Positions 27,061 to 40,897 of a stretch of 64,000 nucleotides of DNA are shown piece after piece. The notes under the pieces were generated by a model, which worked only from the letters and a program-made list of their open reading frames with translations, ran no database searches and was not told the origin of the DNA. Location: the NCBI GenBank assembly GCA_964016885.1, contig OZ024742.1:118234001-118298000 (forward strand), given 5' to 3'. Numbering within the stretch: the first letter of the stretch is position 1; every line of letters starts with the position of its first letter. This DNA is from Eledone cirrhosa (Eukaryota). The position numbers and the translations under genes were made by a program.

Positions 27061-28139
27061 TAACATTATTTTAGAAATTAATATATAATTTAATTTAAAT
27101 GTTAGTTAACCTATAAATTTAATTTAATTAAAATTCTACTACAGATGAGAATATAAAATATTGTGTAATCATAAATTGTGAAAAACCTTTAAATATTACT
27201 AATATATACTTAGTAATTTAATTTATAGATTAATTTTAATTTATTTAACCCTTTATTAAAATTCCTTTACAGATAAAATATAACAAAATATCGTGTATTC
27301 AATGACAGAGAAATAATTTTTAGTATTATAGACCTAATTAATATACATTTTAGAAATATATTTATAATTTGGTTTTAAATTTGGTCAACCTAAAAATTTA
27401 ATTTAATTGGCTTAAAATTAGTATCCTAATACAGACGGATTGCAGAGTGTCATGTAATCATAGAATGGGATGGGTTTTGGATGTATACCTAGTTAATATA
27501 TTCTTTGCAATTTTTGAAAAAATATGTATATGTATGTATATATGTGTATGTGTATGTATGTATATATATGTGTATATATATATGTATGTATATGTATATG
27601 TGTATGTATTAATTTTGATTTCTGTTTACATATAATTATATTCTACTATTGATAAAATACAATATCTGTTTTATTTATTATATACCTAATTAACATATAC
27701 TATAGAAATTAATATATAATTTTTAATTTAGTTAACCCATAATTTATATTCTACTACCGATGTAATACTTTATTTATTTTTTCCCTATTACTAAATTCAT
27801 TTCCTAATATTGATACCATAACGTTAATAATTTTAATTTAGTTATACTATAATTAATACTCTACTACTATTTAACTTCAAAATTCTGCTTCAAATATTAT
27901 AAACCTAAGTAATTTACACCTTAGAAATCAATATATTAACTATCTTTAGTTTAGTTAACCTATAATTAATGGTATACTTATATTGAAATGCATAATTTTG
28001 CCTTCTTTCTTGTATTTCCTAATACTGAAACTTTGTAAATGCATATTGAGATCCAAATACAGATTAATATTCTATGTTTCTTGAAACATATATTTACTAT
28101 AATCCCCTTCTACCCCCCCCCCCCTACTATTATTATTTG

Positions 28140-28551
28140 TATTTGTAAGCGTGTATGTATGTATGTATATGTAGGTAGGTGTATATATGTTTGGGTGTTT
28201 ATTTGTAAGTATAAAAATACATATATGCGCATGCAAATAAGGGTGTATGATTGTGTGTATATATATATATATATATATGCACATATATATATATATATAT
28301 GTGTATATATATATGTATGTGTGTGTATACGTGTATGTATATATGTATATGTGTGTATGTGTGTGTGTGTATATGTGTGTATGTATATGTATGTCTCTCT
28401 ATATATATGTGTATCTTTATATCTATGTGCGTATATGTGTGTATGTACATGTATGCACATGTATATGTCTATATGTATATATGTGTATGTGTATATGTGT
28501 ACGTATGTGCGCATATAGATATGTGAGTGTGTGTGCGTGTATATATATGTA

Positions 28552-28596
<45 letters not shown>

Positions 28597-28652
28597 TATT
28601 TATTATTATAATATAATATATGTATATGTATGTATATGTGAAAATATGTATA

Positions 28653-28687
<35 letters not shown>

Positions 28688-28949
28688 TGTATATTTGTAG
28701 TTGATGTGTGTATATGTATGTATATATATGTGTGTGTGTATGTATGTGTGTATATATATGTATGTGTGTGTGTATGTGTGTGTGTGTATATATATATATA
28801 CATATATGTATATGTATGTGTGTGCATATTTGTCTGACTGTGTCTATAATTTTTTTTTTTTTTTTTTTTTTTTTTTATATACATGTATGTGTATGTATGT
28901 ATGTATGTATGTGTGTGCATGTCTATATATGTGTGTGTGTATGTGTATG

Positions 28950-28990
<41 letters not shown>
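28140..28990. repeat. Low-complexity TA/TG tract
   Basis: Direct reading. Confidence 0.9.
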
Positions 28991-28996
<6 letters not shown>

Positions 28997-29248
28997 GAGA
29001 CGTATAGAGATTGTTTTAGCAAGAAGCTAACGGCATTCTATAACATATATATGCGACTATAACGTCAAGATGGGAAAAGTAGTTAACGAAAGATTTAGGA
29101 AAAATAACTCAAACTCATCTCAAAAGAGAATCAGGATACAAATTCATCCACAGAATTTAGTAAAATCCATGGAAAAATCTATAGACCTTTAACTCATGAT
29201 AAAACAAAGTTTGAAACACTTATCCTTCAATTTGGAATAACATCAAAT

Positions 29249-29329
29249 GCTCTGTATAGTCTTAAAAGACTATTTCATGAAAACTTTCAGTGGAGATGGT
29301 CACGGTTGGATATCATTCATCAGCAGAGC
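29249..29329 (-). ncRNA. Type I hammerhead ribozyme (F4, copy 1)
   Basis: Reverse complement gctctg-CUGAUGA-atga(~33 nt)tcat-GAAA-tagtctt tt aagacta-UA-cagagc: 6-bp stem I, 4-bp stem II, long stem III. Confidence 0.9.
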
Positions 29330-29876
29330 TCAACAGAAAACCAGGGCTCTCACAGTAATATAGTCCGAAAAAGGGAATTCTAAAACTGGCTAGTTCGCCT
29401 TCATGTGTATTTATGAAAAATCACATGAGGAAAAAACGGGGCTAGTGATGTCAGGATGGAAGTGAATGTTTATTTACAAGAAATAGCAGTCAAATACATT
29501 CTGAAAAAAACTCTACAAGGAGTTCAGCAAAATAGCAATAATTATCACAGTTTTTATGAAAAAAACCGGGATTAGTCACAGATAGTTTAAGCACTCTAGG
29601 AAAAGAATCCGAGTATAAATATAAATGAGACGTATAGAGATTGTTTTAGCAAGAAGCTAACGGCATTCTATAACATATATGCGACTATAACGTCAAGATG
29701 GGAAAAGTAGTTAACGAAAGATTTAGGAAAAATAACTCAAACTCATCTCAAAAGAGAATCAGGATACAAATTCATCCACAGAATTTAGTAAAATCCATGG
29801 AAAAATCTATAGACCTTTAACTCATGATAAAACAAAGTTTGAAACACTTATCCTTCAATTTGGAATAACATCAAAT

Positions 29877-29958
29877 GCTCTGTATAGTCTTAAAAGACTA
29901 TTTCATGAAAACTTTCAGTGGAGATGGTCACGGTTGGAATATCATTCATCAGCAGAGC
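29877..29958 (-). ncRNA. Type I hammerhead ribozyme (F4, copy 2)
   Basis: As copy 1, with one extra nt in loop II. Confidence 0.9.
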
Positions 29959-30505
29959 TCAACAGAAAACCAGGGCTCTCACAGTAATATAGTCCGAAAA
30001 AGGGAATTCTAAAACTGGCTAGTTCGCCTTCATGTGTATTTATGAAAAATCACATGAGGAAAAAACGGGGCTAGTGACGTCAGGATGGAAGTGAATGTTT
30101 ATTTACAAGAAATAGCAGTCAAATACATTCTGAAAAAAACTCTACAAGGAGTTCAGCAAAATAGCAATAATTATCACAGTTTTTATGAAAAAAACCGGGA
30201 TTAGTCACAGATAGTTTAAGCACTCTAGGAAAAGAATCCGAGTATAAATATAAATGAGACGTATAGAGATTGTTTTAGCAAGAAGCTAACGGCATTCTAT
30301 AACATATATGCGACTATAACGTCAAGATGGGAAAAGTAGTTAACGAAAGATTTAGGAAAAATAACTCAAACTCATCTCAAAAGAGAATCAGGATACAAAT
30401 TCATCCACAGAATTTAGTAAAATCCATGGAAAAATCTATAGACCTTTAACTCATGATAAAACAAAGTTTGAAACACTTATCCTTCAATTTGGAATAACAT
30501 CAAAT

Positions 30506-30587
30506 GCTCTGTATAGTCTTAAAAGACTATTTCATGAAAACTTTCAGTGGAGATGGTCACGGTTGGAATATCATTCATCAGCAGAGC
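30506..30587 (-). ncRNA. Type I hammerhead ribozyme (F4, copy 3)
   Basis: As copy 2. Confidence 0.9.
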
Positions 30588-31220
30588 TCAACAGAAAACC
30601 AGGGCTCTCACAGTAATATAGTCCGAAAAAGGGAATTCTAAAACTGGCTAGTTCGCCTTCATGTGTATTTATGAAAAATCACATGAGGAAAAAACGGGGC
30701 TAGTGACGTCAGGATGGAAGTGAATGTTTATTTACAAGAAATAGCAGTCAAATACATTCTGAAAAAAACTCTACAAGGAGTTCAGCAAAATAGCAATAAT
30801 TATCACAGTTTTTATGAAAAAAACCGGGATTAGTCACAGATAGTTTAAGCACTCTAGGAAAAGAATCCGAGTATAAATATAAATGAGACGTATAGAGATT
30901 GTTTTAGCAAGAAGCTAACGGCATTCTATAACATATATGCGACTATAACGTCAAGATGGGAAAAGTAGTTAACGAAAGATTTAGGAAAAATAACTCAAAC
31001 TCATCTCAAAAGAGAATCAGGATACAAATTCATCCACAGAATTTAGTAAAATCCATGGAAAAATCTATAGACCTTTAACTCATGATAAAACAAAGTTTGA
31101 AACACTTATCCTTCAATTTGGAATACAAACACATACATACACACATACATACACACATACAATTTGAAATACAAATACATACATACACACATACATACAT
31201 ATATATACACACACACAAAG

Positions 31221-31284
<64 letters not shown>

Positions 31285-31365
31285 CTTTGTGTGTGTGTAT
31301 ATATATGTATGTATGTGTGTATGTATGTGTTTGTATGTGTGTTTATGGTTGTACGTGTGTGTGGG

Positions 31366-31400
<35 letters not shown>

Positions 31401-31708
31401 GTCTATATGTATCTCTATTTATATGTGTATATATGTATATGTATATACCTTTTTCTTTGTATGTCTGAGTTGTGTGAGCGTGTAGTGGTGTTTGTATGTA
31501 TATACGCATATATGGATGTGTATGTATTTGTATATATGCGTATATGTAAGTGCGTATGTGTGTGTGAGTATATATCTATGTCTATGTATGAGTATGTATG
31601 TGTGTGTATGTATGTGTGTGTGTATGTATGTATGTGTGTATGTATATGTGTGTATATATATGTATGTATATGTATGTATGTATGTATATATGTATGTATA
31701 TGTGTATA

Positions 31709-31741
<33 letters not shown>

Positions 31742-31868
31742 TTATTATATTATATATGTGTGTGTGTGTGTGTGTATATATATCTTTATATATGTGTATG
31801 TGTATGTATGTGTAGGTGTGTGTGTGTGAGTATATATGTATGTGTGTATATGTGTATGTATGTGTATG

Positions 31869-31946
<78 letters not shown>

Positions 31947-32144
31947 GATAAATCTACCAAGAGTTTACGGTAGTGTCCAATCCGTATGAAGAACTCAATG
32001 TAATCCGGATATCATGGAAAGAAGAGATGCAATGAAAAATCACTTTCGGTGAAAGATAAACGGAATACAGAGTCAAGATAAAATATTAAAAAAATATTAA
32101 AAAATTAAAAAAATAAAAAAAAATATTAAAAAAAATAAATATAT

Positions 32145-32299
32145 TTCATTATTTCTGAAGACGGCATATATGTGTGTTGGGTATGTATATTTAATTTTGA
32201 TAGTTTGTATAATTTTGTATAATTTTGTACATAGATCTGTTGAATATGCATGCCAATTCTAACACATATATATCCTAGAAACGATCGTTAAATAATGAA
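32145..32299 (+). ncRNA. Type I hammerhead with extended stem/loop II (F5, copy 1)
   Basis: ttcattattt-CUGAAGA-~116-nt domain II (ggcatatatgtgtgttgg pairs with ctaacacatatatatcc)-GAAA-cgatcg-UU-aaataatgaa; perfect 10-bp stem I. Confidence 0.8.
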
Positions 32300-32348
32300 C
32301 TTTTTTTGTTTAATATCAGGAACTGTTTCATTGTTTTATTCATTATTT

Positions 32349-32380
<32 letters not shown>

Positions 32381-32527
32381 GTGTGTATGTGTATGTGTGT
32401 ATGTGTGTATATATATATATATTTATGTATATATATATATTTATATGTGGGTATGTATGTGTATGTGTGTATATATATGAGTGTATTTATATATATATAT
32501 GTATGTAGGTGTGACTGTATATATATG

Positions 32528-32588
<61 letters not shown>

Positions 32589-32660
32589 ATGTATGTGTGG
32601 TTATATGTATGAGTGTGTATATATATACGAGTGTTGTGAGTGTATGTATATATATATATG

Positions 32661-32711
<51 letters not shown>

Positions 32712-32767
32712 GCATGTATGTGTATATATATATATATATGTATGCGTGTATGTGTATATGTGTGTAA

Positions 32768-32815
<48 letters not shown>

Positions 32816-33225
32816 TTATGTGTGTATGTGTCTATGTATTTATATGTGTATATGTATGTGTCTCTATATGTATGCGTCTATGTATGTGTATGTGTATTTA
32901 TATGGTATGTGTATGTATATGTATGTGTATGTATGTGTTTATATATATGTGTATGTATATGTATGTATATGTATGTGTGTGTATGCGTGTGCATTTATTT
33001 ATATGTCTATATGTATGTATATCGATGTATACTTTATATTTTACTTGTTTGTATATATATATATGTGTGTGTATGTATATGTGTATGTATATATATGTGT
33101 GTGTATATATATGTGTGTGTATATATGTGTATATGTATGTGTATATATATACGTATGTGTGTATATGTGTGTATATATATATGTATATGTATATATATGT
33201 GTGTGTGTGTGTGTGTGTATGTGTG

Positions 33226-33263
<38 letters not shown>

Positions 33264-33865
33264 CTTGATATATTTCTTTTTTCTTTTTTCTTTTTCTTTC
33301 CTTTTATTTCTAAGTTTATAGATACATCTATAAATAAGCAGTCTGCCGAAACCGTTGAATACTGACCTCTCCCCCCCTCCCACCTAATTTCTGTATCCTG
33401 ATCTAAATATGTGTGGCAGTGTTTATGTGCGTGCATTAATGTCCATATGCTTATGATAATACTATATGCACATATATATGTGTGTGGGGGTGTGTGTGTG
33501 TATGTATGTTCGTAGTTATGTGTATGTTTATGCATATACGCGCGTGTGTGTGTGAGTGTACGAATATGTGTGAGTATATGAATGTGTCTATACATTTATT
33601 TCATATTTATGTGTCTATACGCATTTTATCTGTGGATTATAGACTTACAGAGACATTAGCCTTGAATTTTTGTATTTGCATACATCTTTTTGGCATGCGT
33701 ATGCATGTGAACATATATCTTCATGTAAATATGTGTACGAAGTTAATTACATGTATATACACACACCAAACTGCATAAAATTTTTTGTATTTTCATTGGT
33801 CAATTTGAACTCTGTTCCCAAACGGACCTGAAATTTTGAATTGTTGTTATTATCAATAAATATAT

Positions 33866-34020
33866 TTCATTATTTCTGAAGACGGCATATAGATGTGTTT
33901 GGTATGTATATTTAATTTTGATAGTTTGTATAATTTTGTATAATTTTGTACATAGATCTGTTGAATATGCATGCCAATTCTAACACATATATATCCTAGA
34001 AACGATCGTTAAATAATGAA
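33866..34020 (+). ncRNA. Type I hammerhead with extended stem/loop II (F5, copy 2)
   Basis: Same as copy 1 with a few substitutions in stem II. Confidence 0.78.
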
Positions 34021-34214
34021 CTTTTTTTGTTTAATATAAGGAACTGTTTCATTGTTTTATTCATTATTTTTTTAATATTTTATCTTGACTCTGTATTCCG
34101 TTTATCTTTCACCGAAAGTGATTTTTCATTGCATCTCTTCTTTCCATGATATCCGGATTACATTGAGTTCTTCATACGGATTGGACACTACCGTAAACTC
34201 TTGGTAGATTTATC

Positions 34215-34293
<79 letters not shown>

Positions 34294-34294
34294 G

Positions 34295-34345
34295 AGCTTC
34301 TACAGGAATAGAACTGTTTCATTCGTGAGAAGTCATCAGGAAGCT
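34295..34345 (-). ncRNA. Type I hammerhead ribozyme (F6)
   Basis: Reverse complement agcttc-CUGAUGA-c ttc(tcac)gaa t-GAAA-cag(ttctattc)ctg-UA-gaagct; directly beside (TA)n. Confidence 0.82.
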
Positions 34346-34413
34346 GCCTGTCCAGGTAAGTGTGGTGGTATTTATATCTTTTTTTCTTTTCTGGTAGTAG
34401 GAGAGAGTGGGGG

Positions 34414-34451
<38 letters not shown>

Positions 34452-34703
34452 AATATTGAAATTAGAAATAGAAGCTTTCGCCCTGTTTTTGACTAAAAAG
34501 ATTTAGCCTGATAGTGTGGGTCTAGAACCCTCCAAGAAATGGACAAAGATGAGTAATGACCTACATGTCAATAACTCGTCCCTACGGCTCAACAGGAGTT
34601 ACGGGGCCATACATACATAGATATACCTACAATTCTAAATTTATATTACATTTCTGTCTCTATAGACAGATATGATGGTTTTCTACACAGTATACGTATT
34701 CCA

Positions 34704-34783
<80 letters not shown>

Positions 34784-34899
34784 TTATATATAACGCACCA
34801 AAGTATATATATATATATATATACTTTGGTGCGTTATTTATGGCTCAGTCTGTATATCACACCTTATTTGCATTCTCCTTCTCTTCCTGTATATGTATA

Positions 34900-35218
34900 T
34901 GCGGCACGTTGCCGAGTGTTTAGAGAATTGGATTTGCAATCGTGAGGTTGTGAGTTCGATTCCTGGACCGGGTGATGTGTTATGTCCTTGAGCAAGACAC
35001 TTTATTTCACGCTGCTCCTTCTACCTGGAGTTGCAACCGATAGATAGTATTACCAACGGAAACATTGTTTCCGCGGTCCGATTTAACGAAAGTCGATCGA
35101 CTGTCGATATATATATATAAGACATGGTCACGCGACCTGGCATTGCCCATAACAGGACAACCCGTCTAACCCATGCTAGCGTGGAAGAATGGACGTAAAA
35201 CGGTGATGATGATGATGA

Positions 35219-35220
<2 letters not shown>
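34900..35220 (+). mobile_element. S2 SINE with RTE-like tail and (GAT)n end
   Basis: B box gagttcgattcc, gtccttgagcaagacacttt core, tail cccgtctaacccatgctagc...gatgatgatg. Confidence 0.8.
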
Positions 35221-35298
<78 letters not shown>

Positions 35299-35321
35299 AT
35301 ACTTTGGGAGGGTCATGTTGC

Positions 35322-35354
<33 letters not shown>

Positions 35355-35479
35355 TATTTATATATATATATATAAACGAGGCACTTTATGGATGGGTTTT
35401 TCTTATCCCAACTTGTCCTTGCACCAACAAGATATCAGGAAAACATTTTGGACCTAGCGTTTAGTAACCACACTCATAC

Positions 35480-37170
35480 TATATATATTACAATGGAAAA
35501 GATCATTCTATCAGACCATCACATAATTCTCTGTAACATGAGATTCTAACAGCCGAAAGCTAAACCCATTTACCTCTTTCCAGCTCATTCATTTGATAAC
35601 ATGGATATTTATAATGCCAACTGGGATGCACTCACTAACGAGCTATCATATGTTGATTGGTCTTTCACAAACGCACATATCTCCACCAACATCAAAATAT
35701 CTTGGCAGATATTTGTAGATACTGTCACAAACATATGTGCAAAACACACCCACTAAGATCTGTGAAACAAAACTAAGTGCAGAATCACCCAAAACAGAAA
35801 AAAACTTTTATCAGAATAATAAAAAGAACAAACAAAAATATCAACAACCTAAAATACTGCCAACAGCAACACACACTTCAGACTGCTATTGCATTGCTTG
35901 AATCAAAAAATATAATCTTCAACAATGCAGGAAGACCATCATCAATAACCAAAGAAATGGCCATTGAGAAAATCAAACTCAACCTCAAAGTGTCTTTTCG
36001 TTTACAAAATAACACAAGGTTACTGTCGCCACTGTTGGCCGTATGATGGATGGAAATGGCACTCTCTAATAAAATGCTAAATCATGGGTGAGATACTGCA
36101 GACACAATACTGCTGTTTTCAGCAATCCTGATATGGCTGACCTGGTCTGTATCAGTGATATTAATCCCCAACACGCTATATTGGACATAACGTTTGGCGC
36201 CCGTAATGTCGTAGCGGCAATAAAAGAAACTAAACACAACTCAGCTGAAGGCCCCGATAGGTTACCTGCTAGTGTCCTGAAAGTGTGTCGCCACCAACTT
36301 GCATCTCCTCTAGCTAATCTGTGGAGGAACTCACTGGACGCTGGCTATGTACCTGAAAACTTTCCGTCCCAGTCGGTTGTCCAGTTTTCAAAAGGAGAAA
36401 CAAGTCTCTTGCAGTAAATTACCGTCCGTTCTCACTCACCACTCTTATCATTCTGCTGAATTCCAAGCAACATGGGTTCCATAATGGAAGGGATTGCCTA
36501 ACGCAGCTCATGCATCACTTTGATAACATTTTAAGCGCTTTAAGAGAGGACTCCAACACTGATGCAATCTACCTTGATTTCAGCAAGGCCTTTGACAGTA
36601 TTCTACTGAAAAAAACTATCCAGCATTGGTGTCTCTGGAAAGTTACTGCAATGGATCAAGTATTTCCTGACAGACCAACATGTAGTTGAAAGAGTAAAAT
36701 CGAGCCCAGCCAAAGTCAGTAGTGGTGTTCCGCAAGGCACTCTGTTGGGCCCACTACTTTTCATTATCTATATCAATGACATTACTGACGTTATCAAGCA
36801 CAGCAACATAAGAATCTTTGCAGATGATTCCAAGCTCCAGAAGGTCATCAATGGAGTGGGTGACCGGACATGCCTTCAATCAGATCTACTTGCTGTTATC
36901 CAATGGGTGGGAAAAAAACTATATGCTGCCAAACGAGGATAAATTCGAATTTGTTCACTTTGGAAAAGAGGAAATAGTGAAACTTTCATATTCCTTTCCC
37001 TCGGGTAAAACGCTCATGGCATCCAACAACATCAGTGACGTGGGAATAATTGTTGAAAATTTTAAAACGGAAACAGGGCCCATAAAATTAAAAAGGTCTT
37101 TTGGACAAATTCCTCCAAGAATTCACGGAAATGCCTCATTCACTTGTATATGTCTCCGTAAACAATAACT
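35480..37170 (+). pseudogene. Degenerate CR1/Jockey-group LINE reverse transcriptase
   Basis: SAEGPD.LP..VLK, NYRPFSLT, QHGF, DAIYLDFSKAFD, SGVPQGTLLGPLLFIIYINDI, FADDSKL spread across frames with stops. Confidence 0.88.
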
Positions 37171-37210
37171 CTCCACTTGAGTCGGCCTTGTTGTATATAC
37201 ATATATATAT

Positions 37211-37328
<118 letters not shown>

Positions 37329-38130
37329 GCCATTTTTCATTCACATATATTTTCCCTTCGCTGTGGTTCGTATTTTTTCTGTTACCTTACTGCTTTCCTC
37401 TTTCTCTCCCTCCACCTTACCTCTTACTTTCCTCCATCCCCGCTGCTGTTCACACACCACTCTCAGCTGGCCCTTTCCTCACACTTTTACTCACTCACTC
37501 TCTGATACCCCTCCTCTCTCACTTCCTCCCGTCTGACCTGCGTTAATTATTTCCTCTCTCAATTTTTTCGTGGCTCGGACGTGACTATTTTATTTTCGTC
37601 ATTTGATTTGTCGGACTGAAGCCCTCAAGATTCATTGACTTGTCTCTCTTTTCCTCTCATTACGTTGCATTACTACCATGTTGTTTGTTTACTTTCCTCT
37701 GTCCCGATAACTTAATTTAGTTATCGCTCGCACTGATTTTAGGTATCTAGTCTTTAATGCGAAGAAATACCAATGAGAATCAACAGACTACTGATTACGG
37801 ACTTTTCTCGGTCTATTTATATTCATATGTTCATATTCGCAACAACGGAGCACCCCATTTTTCATTCACATATATATATATACAAATGGAAGTATAGCAT
37901 ATTCGAAGCCAGAGCCTCAGCTAAGCCGACGAATGCTTTCAGCAGTGCAGCCAAGCACTCGACAAGGTTTAGGACCTCAGAGTAATAATATACAGTTTAA
38001 AGGGCTTTGCAAAATAAAGACACCGACCGGTAATTCAGCTGGAGTCCGTAGCAACGAAAGAACTGAACAGAAGTGAACCTAAACATCGAGTGCTCACCCG
38101 GGTGAACCTACAGTAACTCCAAGTTACACT

Positions 38131-38201
<71 letters not shown>

Positions 38202-38204
<3 letters not shown>

Positions 38205-38362
38205 TGGCTGCCAACTCGTTTTCGAGTACGGCCACTACTCTATATCCACGTAGGAGAACCCCTACCGATGCGCTGAACGAGTGTGACTTTTTAGTCCAGC
38301 CAGTGACTTGAAAACTCTGGTACAAACACTACACTTGTGACAATTATTGACACATAGTGCTG
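38202..38362 (-). mobile_element. 3' fragment of the RTE-derived element
   Basis: Matches the reverse complement of 18780-18932. Confidence 0.8.
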
Positions 38363-38446
38363 TATTAAATATAGTTCTATATATAGTTCTATATTAAATA
38401 TATATATATATACATACATACATACATACATACATACATACATACA

Positions 38447-38479
<33 letters not shown>

Positions 38480-38730
38480 TAAATATATGTACATACATGC
38501 ATACATACATACATATATTAAATATATGTACATACATAGATACATACATATATTAAATATATTAAATATAGTTCTATATTAAATATATATATATACATAC
38601 ATACATACATGCATACATACACACATACATATATTAAATATATGTACATACATACATATATTAAATATATTAAATATAGTTCTATATTAAATACATACAT
38701 ACATACATACACACATACATACATACATAC

Positions 38731-39328
38731 ATGGTGGCTGCCAACTCGTTTTCGAGTACGGCCACTACTTTATATCCATGTAGGAGAACCCCTACCGATG
38801 CGCTAAACAAGTGTGACTTTTTAGTCCAGCCAGCGACTTGAAAACTCTGGTACAAACACTACACTTGTGACAATTATTGACACACAGTGCTGGGCCCATG
38901 GTACCATGTGACGACAAGTGCAGAGAGATCTCCAGATATAAAGCAATGCCTGTACCGTGAAGCTTTTATAGTGAGTAAAGGCACTGCACAAAGCCAGTCC
39001 CACTCTCTTAACCAAGATTATATTTACCAAAAAGAAAAACAAGTCAACATCATTGGATACCATCAGAGCTGCAGGTGTTATATCAGAGTTTTCCTTCTCC
39101 TAGAATTCTGCCTTGACAAAGGCTAAGGGGTCATCTCTCCCGGTGATTTTGGATGGCCATTGACTCTTAAGAGCTCCTTTACCCTTTGACAGGTTTTGTT
39201 TTTAGTCCCGCAGGATGTCCAAAGTCACCCTCCTCACCAAGAAACCTTGGTGGGGTTGCCAGTTTAGTCGCCAACGACCCGACCATGAGACAGGTTGTAT
39301 TGGGATACATGTTACCAGTAGCACCAAC
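38731..39328 (-). mobile_element. RTE-derived non-autonomous element, second full copy
   Basis: Reverse complement of 18345-18932; embedded in (TACA)n. Confidence 0.8.
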
Positions 39329-39543
39329 ATACATACATACATACATACATACATACATACATACATACATACATACATACATGCATACATACATACACAC
39401 ATACATATATTAAATATATGTACATACATACATACATACATACATATATTAAATATATTAAATATAGTTCTATATTAAATACATACATACATACATACAT
39501 ACATACATACATACATACATACATACATACATACATACATACA

Positions 39544-39576
<33 letters not shown>

Positions 39577-39862
39577 CATAGTGAATCGGATAGAATGTTT
39601 GTTGTGTTGGTTTCGACTCTCTGCTCTCTGAGTTCAAATCCCGCCGAGGTCAATTTTGCCTTCATAACAATGTACCAGTCCAGTACTGTGGTCGATTCTC
39701 CCTCTGTATCTCTTCTCACTTTCTATCCTTCTCTGGAAGAAATCTGCTTTATTCAGACTTGGAGAGGAGTTGGGCTCCACCAGGTTTTAAAACTGCCTAA
39801 GAAAAACGCCATATGTAAATATGTTGCCCCTACGACTTCTTCGGGAGTTACGGTTCTATGCA

Positions 39863-40084
<222 letters not shown>

Positions 40085-40175
40085 TACCCACTCTACTACC
40101 CTAAGTATTGAGTACTTTGGTGCGTTATGGTCCACCTGGTTCCTTACCACATTTCCTTCGTTATATATATATGTA

Positions 40176-40258
<83 letters not shown>

Positions 40259-40477
40259 ATGAAAATCGAACGCCAATAAATACACCAGGATTTTTTCATG
40301 CTGATGATTGAAAGCAAATTTTTTTTTTTTTTTGCTTTTAAGAAACCACTGGTAAATGAAATAATCGCCTTATGTTGTTTATTACATAACTATATATATA
40401 TATATATGTTAATCCCAGGTTCAATCGGGTTAACAACAGTAAGTAGGGTACTCAATACAAAGCAGAATATAAATATT

Positions 40478-40790
<313 letters not shown>

Positions 40791-40797
40791 ATATATA

Positions 40798-40897
<100 letters not shown>

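Larger units (their letters stand above)
28991..31125 (-). mobile_element. 629-bp tandem array (~3.4 copies), one HHR per unit; non-LTR retrozyme-like (F4)
   Basis: Units start at 28991, 29621, 30250, 30879; near-identical; no ORF; bounded by (TA)n and (TACA)n. Confidence 0.9.
31940..34220 (+). mobile_element. Non-coding element with two direct HHR repeats and an inverted end (F5)
   Basis: 31940-32090 is the reverse complement of ~34070-34220; 32135-32355 is repeated at 33856-34075; low-complexity interior; (TA)n on both sides. Confidence 0.8.

Noticed and set aside
25018-27500. Selenocysteine recoding, reported for some Naiad elements
   Set aside because: No in-frame TGA in the visible ORF, and I could not identify a SECIS by eye.
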